A stretch of DNA of 34,763 bases, taken from the NCBI GenBank assembly GCA_018898425.1, contig JAHIHG010000050.1:1-34763 (forward strand). The letters are read 5' to 3'. Positions 8,639 through 16,924 of the stretch are shown piece after piece. A program made the position numbers and the translations under genes. The first letter of the stretch is position 1. Each line of letters opens with the position of its first letter. The stretch is from Nanobdellota archaeon (GTDB lineage: Archaea > Nanobdellota > Nanobdellia > Pacearchaeales > GW2011-AR1). Below the pieces are notes generated by a model that searched no databases, was not told where the DNA came from, and saw only the letters and a list, made by a program, of their open reading frames with translations.

Positions 8639-9580
8639 CTTAAGGTAGCGTAATACCTTGTCATTTGAATGATGACTTGCATGAATGGTTTAACGAGGTT
8701 GTCACTGTCCCTAATTGGAGCCTTCTGAAAATATTTTTCCGGTGCAAAGACCGGAGACACCTAGTGGGAAGCGAAGACCTTGTGGAACTTTACTGCAACT
8801 TGTTGTTGTAATTTTATGAAAAACGCATAGCATAGGTAGGAGCGTCGAAGCTGTCATTTCGGTGACAGTGGAGCGAACTTGTAATACTACCCATTTTTTA
8901 TAAGATTGCTTACTCTTTAGAGGACAGCAGCAGGCGGGCAGTTTGACTGGGGCGGTGCCCTGTCGAAAAGATATCGATAGGACCCAAAGACAAGCTCATC
9001 CAGCTTGGAAATCTGGAGTTGAGTGCGAAGGCAAAAGCTTGTCTGACTGTATTTTGAAAAGCAAGAAATGCAGGGGAGAAATCCGGGCTTAGTGAACCCA
9101 CATGCTCATTTAATAGGAGCTGTGTCTGATAGAAAAGTTACCCCAAGGATAATAAGCTTGTCGCCCCCGATAGTCCGAATTGACGGGGCGGTTTGGTATT
9201 TCGCTGTCGGCTCTTCCTATCCTGCGCGTGCAGAAGCGTGCAAGGGTGCCGGAGTTCACGTATTAAAAGGAATCGTTAGCTGGGTTAAGAACGTCGCGAG
9301 ACAGTTTGTATGATATCTACTAGGTGTGTTATTGTCTGAGTGGAACAAGTTAGTAGTACGAGAGGAACCTGACTTGGATGCCTCTGGTGAGCAGTTGTTA
9401 TATAGCAGGCTGCATAGCTACGCATTGTATGGATAAGAGCTGAATGCATCTAAGCTCGAAGCCATTCGCAAAACGAGACAATTAAGGCCGTCAAAGAAGA
9501 TGACGTTGATAGAGTTCTTGTGTAAGCACGAAGGTTCGCCGACGTGTTCAGCATAGAACAACTAAAAGCCTCACTTGTAT

Positions 9581-9619
9581 TATTTATTCTGATAAAGAGA
9601 ATTTCTTCTACTGCTTATT
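9581..9619 (+). other. 3' strand of the pre-23S processing helix
   Basis: tatttattctga (9581-9592) and atttcttctactgcttatt (9601-9619) are perfect complements of 5992-6003 and 5956-5974. Confidence 0.75.
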
Positions 9620-9687
9620 AATTGTATTATTTTTAAATAAATTTTTCATAATCAAAATCTTTTTATATAAAGAATTCTTGTTAAAAT

Positions 9688-9933
9688 ATGTGTAAAATAG
9701 AGGTGAAGGTTGTACCAATGTATAGTGCTCCTTTAATAAGTTTTAATAAATTGCTCAATGCTTTTAGTCAATATGCTGACTTGCCTCTTAATTCAATTGA
9801 AATTATAAGTGTAAGAAATAGCCATCAAACATATTATTTAAAATTTGATGAATTAAAAGTTAAAATTCCTCTTGAAAAAATCTTAGATTATTTTAACAAA
9901 TTAGAAAATTATCATGCAGAAGAAAAGTTTTAA
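9688..9933 (+). CDS. hypothetical protein
   Basis: 81-aa ORF downstream of a ttttatataaag TATA-like element (9661-9672). An alternative start is the ATG at 9718, preceded by gaggtga (SD-like). No recognisable motif. Confidence 0.45.
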   Translation: MCKIEVKVVPMYSAPLISFNKLLNAFSQYADLPLNSIEIISVRNSHQTYYLKFDELKVKIPLEKILDYFNKLENYHAEEKF

Positions 9934-9957
9934 AAATAAATTAATCAGATATATCTT

Positions 9958-10167
9958 ATGGCAAAAACAAAAAAGAGGACTAAAACAAAAACAACCACAG
10001 ACAAAAAAGTGTGTTACCCTTGCAAGACAAGTGATTGGATTTTTCCAATTGCAATTATTGCATTAGTTTGGCTAGCGCCTGCAGTGATGTGGTCTAAAAT
10101 TGTAATAACAGTTTTAGCTGTATTGGCTTGGGGAAGTAATTTCTGTCCTTGCAGAAAAAAGAAATAA
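9958..10167 (+). CDS. small membrane protein (basic N-terminus, two hydrophobic segments, Cys pairs)
   Basis: 69 aa: a KTKKRTKTKT N-terminus, CYPC, two TM-like stretches, and C-terminal CPCRKKK. Confidence 0.5.
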   Translation: MAKTKKRTKTKTTTDKKVCYPCKTSDWIFPIAIIALVWLAPAVMWSKIVITVLAVLAWGSNFCPCRKKK

Positions 10168-10253
10168 GAAATTTAAAAAATCTATTGAATTGACTGGTTA
10201 CTTAGAAGTTAATAAGGAATGATTTTTTACATCATTAATTCTCTAAAATTTAT

Positions 10254-10526
10254 TTACAACCCAAAATTATCAACAAAATCTTCAATAATTTTATATTCTT
10301 GCAAAAAATCCTGTCCCTTTTTTGTTAATGAAAATGTTTTTTTTTCTTTATTATCAATGTCGATATTAATAAATTTTTTACTTATTAATTCATTTATATA
10401 TTCCTTAAACATTTGGGGAGATAGATTAGAAGCATATAACAACCTTGTTGGCTTAATACTTCTGGTTTCTCTAATAGCTCTTAAAATATCTTTAATAACT
10501 TCCAGTCGTTCACGTTTTTTAGGCAT
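10254..10526 (-). CDS. winged-helix DNA-binding protein (archaeal HTH_45-like small regulator)
   Basis: 90 aa. RERLEVIKDILRAIRETRSIKPTRLLYASNLSPQMFKEYINELISKKFI fits the small archaeal wHTH regulator pattern. Preferred over the overlapping plus-strand ORF 10219-10545. Confidence 0.75.
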   Translation of the reverse strand: MPKKRERLEVIKDILRAIRETRSIKPTRLLYASNLSPQMFKEYINELISKKFINIDIDNKEKKTFSLTKKGQDFLQEYKIIEDFVDNFGL

Positions 10527-10537
10527 TTTATATTATT

Positions 10538-11212
10538 TTATTTAGTTATTCTAACAACCCCTGCTGCAAAAAATAAAAAAATAATTATGTTTAGCAAATA
10601 AATTGTAATTAAAATTCCAGGATTCCATGCAAAAGTCAGGGCTGCTAAAAAATTAAGCACCCATGCAATAAAACTAAAAATCATTGCTATTAAATAAAAT
10701 TTAAGAAACTTTCCTTTACTTCCTTTTGCGATATAATTATTATAACTTATTAAAATTAAAATTGCAAAAAGAATTATTTGCGAAAAAAACATAAAATAAA
10801 ATGTTTTCCAGATACAATCTAATCCAACAATAACAAAAGCCATTAAATAAAAAACAAGAACTTTTGAATTAATTAAAGAGGTAAAATATTCTTCTCCTGC
10901 TGATTCTATTTTTTTCCATAATAAACTATAAAGCAAAAAAAAACCACCCATTATTAAAAAATATTCAAAAATAAAAGTTGTTAAAACATGATAATTTTTG
11001 TTAAAAATAAAATATTTTAAATCAAAAAAATACCTTATAAAAAATCCAATCCCGTAAAAAAAGAATGCATTCCTAAAGTATCTTATGCCTTGGTGTTCAC
11101 TTAATTTAAATAATTTGTTTGTCTTAATTACAATTACAAAGCAACTTAAAATAATTATAAAAGCATAAATTAATTTAAGTGATTCCTTGCTCTGAATAAT
11201 CCATTCAATCAT
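10538..11212 (-). CDS. polytopic membrane protein, unknown function
   Basis: 224 aa with about 6-7 hydrophobic helices, rich in F/I/L/Y. Confidence 0.7.
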   Translation of the reverse strand: MIEWIIQSKESLKLIYAFIIILSCFVIVIKTNKLFKLSEHQGIRYFRNAFFFYGIGFFIRYFFDLKYFIFNKNYHVLTTFIFEYFLIMGGFFLLYSLLWKKIESAGEEYFTSLINSKVLVFYLMAFVIVGLDCIWKTFYFMFFSQIILFAILILISYNNYIAKGSKGKFLKFYLIAMIFSFIAWVLNFLAALTFAWNPGILITIYLLNIIIFLFFAAGVVRITK

Positions 11213-11465
11213 AAAAATTTGATTTTTTTAAATTATTTAAAGATATATGTAAATAAAAATAGAGGATAAATACATATTTTTACTTCTTATTGCTTATAAA
11301 GAGTTTTTGACTAAGATTATTATGAAAAATAAAAAAGGAGGAGTTGCCCCAACTAAAATGGAAGAAGAATTACCTTACTGACATACTCAATAAATAGCTG
11401 GGTTCTGCTTATTCTCTTATTATCCCTCATCTAACAACCTCAAAGAACCTGGCTTTTTATTATAT

Positions 11466-11567
11466 CTATTTTTTAGGAGCAGTTATTTTTAAAACTCCTT
11501 TTTTGAATTCTATTTTAGCCTGATTAGGATTAATTTTTGGCAGGGTAGTTGCATAATTAAATTTCAT
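11466..11567 (-). pseudogene. possible remnant of a small heat-shock protein (Hsp20/alpha-crystallin) C-terminus
   Basis: A 33-aa minus-strand ORF, MKFNYATTLPKINPNQAKIEFKKGVLKITAPKK. It ends like Hsp20 proteins (A.y.nGVL.I..PK). The rest of the domain is absent upstream because of in-frame stops. Confidence 0.25.
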
Positions 11568-11642
11568 AAGATTTTTTTTATAAATTAATAAATATTTTTA
11601 AATTTAAGTCAAATTTTTAAACTCTGATTATTTGTTTTTAAG

Positions 11643-12131
11643 ATGGGAAAAGGGATGGAAAAAAATAGTGTAAATGAAAACATGCTTCAGGCAACAATAA
11701 GTTTTGCTATTTTTGCAATATTAATAATTGGAGGAGGTGCTTATTTTGTGTTTAATAAACCCTTAATAGGGCCTGTATTTTTGGGATTAAGCTTAGTTGG
11801 ATTAATATTTTTAAAATTTTTTAAGATAAAAATCAGATCAGTTTATCCAGACATAATTTTTGGGATAGTTGATAATGGAATCCTGCTTTTTGGGGTAATT
11901 TTAGGAGGAACATATGCAGGAATTGGAGGAGCAATAATTGGCGGAGCTGCAGGCAATGCCATAACAGATGGTTTAGGAGGTTTATCTGAAGGATATATGG
12001 CAGAAATATTAAGAAAAAAAAGAATCAAGAATGAAAGAACTTCGCTTTCAACTATGATTGGAAAAATGATGGGTTGTTTAATAGGAGCAGGTGTGGGATT
12101 AAGTTTAATTTGGTTGATTAGTTTGTTTTGA
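11643..12131 (+). CDS. Gly-rich membrane protein, unknown function
   Basis: 162 aa with four hydrophobic segments and a GGTYAGIGGAIIGGAAGNAITDGLGG stretch. Confidence 0.7.
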   Translation: MGKGMEKNSVNENMLQATISFAIFAILIIGGGAYFVFNKPLIGPVFLGLSLVGLIFLKFFKIKIRSVYPDIIFGIVDNGILLFGVILGGTYAGIGGAIIGGAAGNAITDGLGGLSEGYMAEILRKKRIKNERTSLSTMIGKMMGCLIGAGVGLSLIWLISLF

Positions 12132-12194
12132 AGATAAAATAAATATAATAAAAAACATCAAAAACTATTAAAGAGATAGAATCTTGATTTATTC

Positions 12195-12536
12195 ATGAGA
12201 GAATTAATAAAAAATATCTCAAATAAAATTGAAAATTATCCCCCTAATCAAATTGAATTTACTCAATATTGTTTTGGTAGAATGAAAGAAAGAAATATTA
12301 AAAAAAATATTGTAATTACAACTTTATTTTCTAAAAATAATCTCTATTATGTGGAAGAGCAATTAAAACAGCATCAAGGAGAAATTGAAAAAAGATATAA
12401 ATTAATTTTTAAAATAAGTTCAAAATACTCTCTTATACTTATTATTGCATTTTATCCAAAGGTTTTAAAAGTTGTTAATGTTATTAAAACTAGCAAAGGA
12501 ACTGAAAAAAAATGGAGAAAAACAATATTAAAATAG
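12195..12536 (+). CDS. DUF4258-like protein (putative toxin-like component)
   Basis: 113 aa. IEFTQYCFGRMKERNIKKNIVITTL resembles the DUF4258 signature (H/Y...RM.ER.I). It overlaps the next ORF by 25 nt. Confidence 0.6.
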   Translation: MRELIKNISNKIENYPPNQIEFTQYCFGRMKERNIKKNIVITTLFSKNNLYYVEEQLKQHQGEIEKRYKLIFKISSKYSLILIIAFYPKVLKVVNVIKTSKGTEKKWRKTILK

Positions 12537-12859
12537 ATTATGATAAAGAAGAAGATATGCTTCATTTATCTAAGAGAGAAAGTAATGTAAAATTTAGTTT
12601 TGATATTGATCTCCCAAATGGGGATATTATTCTTGACTTTGGTTTTAATGGGCAAATAGTTGGATTGGAATTTTTTAATGCATCTAATTATTTTCCTTTT
12701 TTGAAAAATATCAAAAACCAAAAAATAAAAGGAAAAATGAGTGTTCAATATGGGCTTAATTGGGCACAGGTTTTTTATGAAGTGCATATTCCAGGCAAAA
12801 AACCAATATCTAATAGTTTGATTTCTCCGTATAACAGGGAATTAGTTATGAAGCATTGA
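12512..12859 (+). CDS. DUF2283-like protein (putative partner of DUF4258)
   Basis: 115 aa. DYDKEEDMLHLS...DIILDFGFNGQIVGLEFFNAS matches the YD.E.D.LYI ... D.d..G.ivGiEi..AS pattern of DUF2283. Confidence 0.65.
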   Translation: MEKNNIKIDYDKEEDMLHLSKRESNVKFSFDIDLPNGDIILDFGFNGQIVGLEFFNASNYFPFLKNIKNQKIKGKMSVQYGLNWAQVFYEVHIPGKKPISNSLISPYNRELVMKH

Positions 12860-13011
12860 GGTTTTTTAGTAATTATTTTGTTGAAAATTTTTTGATTGAA
12901 TATCATTATTCATAATATTCTTTTGTAGGATAAAGATTGAAGTTATTTGTTACCTTTGGATAATAGTAATAAAATAGAAAGGTTTAAATAATTTAAAGTT
13001 CTGGAAAAAGT

Positions 13012-13263
13012 ATGGCAAACAAAATTAATAAAACACTCGAAAAAATAGCCAATGTTTCAGTAGGTGCTATGGGTTTATCTACAATTGGTGTTGGAATTGC
13101 CTCTATGTGTGGAGAATATGAAATTGCAGAATTTTTTATGCAAGGTTTGGCTGGAAGTTCAGTCTTAACTTTTGGATTAGCCCCGCTTTTAGGAATTAAT
13201 ACATATAACAAAGAGAAGGATTTAGATGAAAGAAAACTTATTGCTGAATCTTACGGATATTAA
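13012..13263 (+). CDS. small membrane protein, unknown function
   Basis: 83 aa with two hydrophobic Gly-rich segments. Confidence 0.45.
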   Translation: MANKINKTLEKIANVSVGAMGLSTIGVGIASMCGEYEIAEFFMQGLAGSSVLTFGLAPLLGINTYNKEKDLDERKLIAESYGY

Positions 13264-13348
13264 TAATTTTAACTTGTTTTTATTTTATCAATTCGCATCT
13301 AGTACACAATTTATATTCAATTTTTCTCAAATAAAAATTTCCTAAAAC

Positions 13349-16000
13349 TCAATCTTTCTTCCCAATCTTCCCCTTAACCAGCTTCGCAATTTCAAACACA
13401 ATTAATCCTGAAACTGCAAAAGGCAAAATTAATAACCAGTTATTAAGTGTTAAAGGAACTACATCAAAAGCTTTTGCAAGAGGGGTGTATAAGAGTAATA
13501 AATGCAGTGCTAAAGAAATTAAAACTGCATAATTCAGCCATTTATTTGAAAAAGGTTTTAATTTAATCAAGGACTCATTTGAACGAAAGGTATAAACAAA
13601 AAACAATTCAAATAAAATAGCTGTTGTTAAAACCATTGTTCTTGTTAGCTCAACTGAAAAATTATTTCCAATTCCTATTAAATACATAACAAATTTTATT
13701 GCAAAAGTGAAAATTCCTGCAATAATTATAAACCTCCATATATTTTCCAAAATGCTTTTTTCTCTTCTAGGAGGAGTCTTCATAACTTGCTCAGGATTTT
13801 CAAAAACAAGGGATAATGCCGGAAGAGAATCTGTGATAAGATTTATCCATAAAATTTGAAGTGGAAGCAGGGGAAGAAACCATTTATCCTGCCCATAAAG
13901 CATTCCCAAAATTAAGGCAATTAAGATCAAAAAAATCTCGCTAAAATTAACAGCAAGAAAATATTTGGTAAATTTTTTTATGTTATCATAAGTTTTTCTG
14001 CCTTGTTTTACACCCTCAACAATTGAAGCAAAATTATCATTCACTAAAACAATATCTGAAACATCTCTTGCCACATCTGTTCCTCTTTTGCCCATTGCAA
14101 TGCCAACATCTGCTGATTTTAATGCCAGGACATCATTTATTCCATCACCAGTAATTGCCACTATTTCTTGTTTTTGCTGAAGTATCTGAGTTATTCTTAA
14201 TTTTTGATGAGGAGTTGTTCTTGCAAAAATAACAAGTTCATCAATAGAATCTAATAAATCAGCGTCACTCATTTTTTCAAGCTCTTCCCCAGTAATTGTC
14301 TTTCCTTTTATTCCAATTTGCTTTGCAATGGCTACTGCAGTTGCAACAGAATCTCCAGTTATTATTTTTATTTTTATTCCTGCTTCTTTGCATTGCTTAA
14401 TGGCATTTTTAACTTCTTTTCTCGGAGGGTCAATCATTCCAACAAGTCCCACAAAAATCATTGCTTTTTCCTCTAATTCATCTTTTTTATTAAAATTCTT
14501 ATAGGCAAAAGCCAGAACTCTCAAAGCATTATGCTCCATTTTTTTTGAAGATTCTAAAATCTCTTTTTTTCTTTTTTCAGTTAATGGCTTTATCTGCCCA
14601 TTAATTAATTCTGATTTTGATATACTTAGAATTTTTTCCACTGCTCCTTTTGAATAAAGAACATAATTTCTTCCGTTATCTCTTGCAATAGACATTAATT
14701 TTCTTTTTGAATCAAATTCAAATTTCCTTATGCTTGGTTCAGCTTCAATCATTTTTTTCTTGTTTAATCCAAACTCAAGAGATGCTGAAAGCAAAGCCTC
14801 TTCAGTGGGCTCTCCAAAAAATACATATTTATCATCAATTAATTCAAATCTTGCATTATTACAAAGAACACTTATTTTAAATAACTGCAAAAGTTCCTTA
14901 TTTTTATTTAATAGTATTTTTTTATCTCCTAAAAAAATATTATTCTTGTCTTTTAAATAAAATTTATTATTGGTAAAAATCTCCTGCACACTCATTTTTT
15001 CTTCTGTAATTGTTCCTGTTTTATCTGAGCAAATCACAGTAACACTACCCAAACTTTCCACTGCAGAAAGTTTTCTAATGATAACATTTTGTTTTGACAT
15101 AAGTAAGGAAGAAATTGCAAAAGAAAGTGAAAGCACTGCTGGAAGCCCTTCTGGAATTGCAGATACTGCCAGTGCTATTGCAGTCATAAACATTGTAAGT
15201 GCATCAAACTTTCCAGTAATTCCCAAAAATCCTACAAAAGCAACAAAAATTAAAATAAAAATCCCTATTTGTTTTGAAAAATTATCAAGACGTTTTTGCA
15301 TTGGGGTTTTTTGCACTTCAATGTCCTGCAAACTCCCTGCTATTTTGCCAAATGCTGTGTTCATTCCTGTAGCAATAACAACTGCCTTAGAAGTTCCCCT
15401 GACAATCTGGGTTCCTGTAAAAAGCACATTTGTTCTTTCTGTTAAAATAGTATCTAATAAAAGTTTTTTTGAGTGCTTGTCAATAGGCAAACTTTCTCCT
15501 GTTAAAATCGCTTCATTTGTTTGCAAATTTTCAGATTCAATTATCCTGCAATCTGCATTTAATTTATCCCCTGAATTTAAAACCACAATATCTCCTAATA
15601 CTAACTCTGATGAAGGGATTAATTCAAATTGATTATTTCTTATTACCCTTGACATTGGAACTAAAACTTTTCTAAGGTTTTTTATGGCTTTTTCTGCCTT
15701 ATATTGCTGAAAAAAACCAATTAAAGAATTTAAAACAATTATTGCAGAAATAACAATTGCATCAAGAAGATGATTTATTAAAAATGAAACTATTGCTGCA
15801 AAAATAAGAATATAAATTAGAAAAGAATTAAATTGCTGGATAAAAATCTTAAAAGGCCTTAGTTTATGAGTTTTTTTCAGGATATTTTTTCCGTATTTTT
15901 CAAGTCGTTGTTTTGCCTGCTCTCCTGTTAATCCTTGCTCAGATGTTTTAAGTTCATTAAATATTTCCTCTTTTGATTTGGAATGAGCATTAATTTCCAT
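13349..16000 (-). CDS. P-type (P2, Ca2+/cation-transporting) ATPase
   Basis: 883 aa with TGES, IPEGLPAV (TM4), the CSDKTGTIT phosphorylation site, and the TGDGINDVLALKSADVGIAMG hinge. Confidence 0.95.
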   Translation of the reverse strand: MEINAHSKSKEEIFNELKTSEQGLTGEQAKQRLEKYGKNILKKTHKLRPFKIFIQQFNSFLIYILIFAAIVSFLINHLLDAIVISAIIVLNSLIGFFQQYKAEKAIKNLRKVLVPMSRVIRNNQFELIPSSELVLGDIVVLNSGDKLNADCRIIESENLQTNEAILTGESLPIDKHSKKLLLDTILTERTNVLFTGTQIVRGTSKAVVIATGMNTAFGKIAGSLQDIEVQKTPMQKRLDNFSKQIGIFILIFVAFVGFLGITGKFDALTMFMTAIALAVSAIPEGLPAVLSLSFAISSLLMSKQNVIIRKLSAVESLGSVTVICSDKTGTITEEKMSVQEIFTNNKFYLKDKNNIFLGDKKILLNKNKELLQLFKISVLCNNARFELIDDKYVFFGEPTEEALLSASLEFGLNKKKMIEAEPSIRKFEFDSKRKLMSIARDNGRNYVLYSKGAVEKILSISKSELINGQIKPLTEKRKKEILESSKKMEHNALRVLAFAYKNFNKKDELEEKAMIFVGLVGMIDPPRKEVKNAIKQCKEAGIKIKIITGDSVATAVAIAKQIGIKGKTITGEELEKMSDADLLDSIDELVIFARTTPHQKLRITQILQQKQEIVAITGDGINDVLALKSADVGIAMGKRGTDVARDVSDIVLVNDNFASIVEGVKQGRKTYDNIKKFTKYFLAVNFSEIFLILIALILGMLYGQDKWFLPLLPLQILWINLITDSLPALSLVFENPEQVMKTPPRREKSILENIWRFIIIAGIFTFAIKFVMYLIGIGNNFSVELTRTMVLTTAILFELFFVYTFRSNESLIKLKPFSNKWLNYAVLISLALHLLLLYTPLAKAFDVVPLTLNNWLLILPFAVSGLIVFEIAKLVKGKIGKKD

Positions 16001-16080
16001 TAATAAAAAAGGAAAAAGGAATTTAGAAAAGTTACTTAAAAAAAAAAAAAATATTTATAGATTAACCTCTTGTGTTTATT

Positions 16081-16305
16081 ATGGGAGATAATTATGAAAC
16101 AGGTTCTGCTGAATCAGATGTTTATTATGTTGTTGATAAAAAAACCGGGAAATTAATTAAAAAATACCTGCCTGCTGATTCAGTAATGCCTGAAGCAAGA
16201 CCTGGCACAAAAGCAGGAAATTCCCTGCTTAATCATATTAATAAAGAATTACAAAACAGTGAAATAATTGATTTAATGAAAAAGCTGTATGAATTGGATA
16301 AATGA
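16081..16305 (+). CDS. hypothetical protein
   Basis: The ORF track starts at GTG 16072. The first ATG is at 16081 (MGDNYETGS...). No recognisable motif. Confidence 0.45.
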   Translation: MGDNYETGSAESDVYYVVDKKTGKLIKKYLPADSVMPEARPGTKAGNSLLNHINKELQNSEIIDLMKKLYELDK

Positions 16306-16372
16306 TAATTTTGATTTTAATAGAAGAAATTAAATATAATAAATTTTAAAAACTTAAAAATTTAGTGTTTAA

Positions 16373-16873
16373 ATGGTAATTAATCTTGATAAAGCAACTT
16401 TAGGATGGTATATGTATCAATGTATTGAAATTGCAAGAAAAACCCCTTATCAGATTGGCAGACCTTATGTGGGAGCAATTGTAGTTTCACAAGAAGGAGA
16501 AATATCGGGAAAAGGATATAAAAAATTTATTCCACACACAAAAAGAATTATGCATGCAGAAAGAGTTGCATTAGATAATGCGGGATATAAAACAAAACAA
16601 AGTTATCTATTTACCACACTAGAACCATGTATTTGTGTTAAAAAAAATCAGGTTTTAAAATCATGTTCTGAATTAATAGTAGAAAGAGGAATTGATACTG
16701 TTATTATTGGTATGCAAGATTTATCATCTGCTGTTCATTCTGAAGCAGGCATTAAATTTTTAAAAAATCATGGAATAAATGTGAAAAGATATCATGGTTT
16801 AAATAATATGGTTATTGATGAATTAATAAGTCAAAAGTGGCAAAATTCTTTTTTAAATTATAATCAAAGATAA
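16373..16873 (+). CDS. cytidine/deoxycytidylate deaminase-fold zinc enzyme (RibD-deaminase/dCMP-deaminase-like)
   Basis: 166 aa with MHAERVAL (H-A-E zinc/catalytic motif) and TLEPCICV...KSC (PC...C zinc ligands). Confidence 0.8.
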   Translation: MVINLDKATLGWYMYQCIEIARKTPYQIGRPYVGAIVVSQEGEISGKGYKKFIPHTKRIMHAERVALDNAGYKTKQSYLFTTLEPCICVKKNQVLKSCSELIVERGIDTVIIGMQDLSSAVHSEAGIKFLKNHGINVKRYHGLNNMVIDELISQKWQNSFLNYNQR

Positions 16874-16924
16874 TTTAAATCAAACTATCAACATCTTTAA
16901 ATAATTAAAATACTTATTTTTTTA

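Larger units (their letters stand above)
6004..9580 (+). rRNA. 23S rRNA, interrupted by a 759-nt intron (7880-8638); mature length about 2.8 kb
   Basis: Conserved blocks include gatgaaagacgtggcaagctgcgataagc near the 5' end, gactgtttaccaaaaac, taactatgaccct/cttaaggtagcg, gaagaccttgtggaactttactg and gctgaatgcatctaagctcgaa. The ends are inferred from the flanking processing helix (+/- 20 nt). Confidence 0.93.

Noticed and set aside
7138-9313. Track ORFs 7138-7320, 7567-7767, 8910-9101 and 9068-9313
   Set aside because: They lie within the 23S rRNA exons and have no protein-like motifs. Only the intron ORF 8028-8531 is accepted as coding.
9581-9700. 5S rRNA downstream of the 23S
   Set aside because: The sequence after the processing helix is AT-rich and leads directly into a promoter-like element and an ORF. 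No 5S-like GC-rich helices are present.
10219-10545. Plus-strand 108-aa ORF overlapping the wHTH gene
   Set aside because: The minus-strand frame (10254-10526) has a clear winged-helix signature. The plus-strand frame is low-complexity hydrophobic.
14730-15632. Plus-strand ORFs 14730-14960 and 14970-15632
   Set aside because: They are antisense to the P-type ATPase, which has all the canonical motifs.
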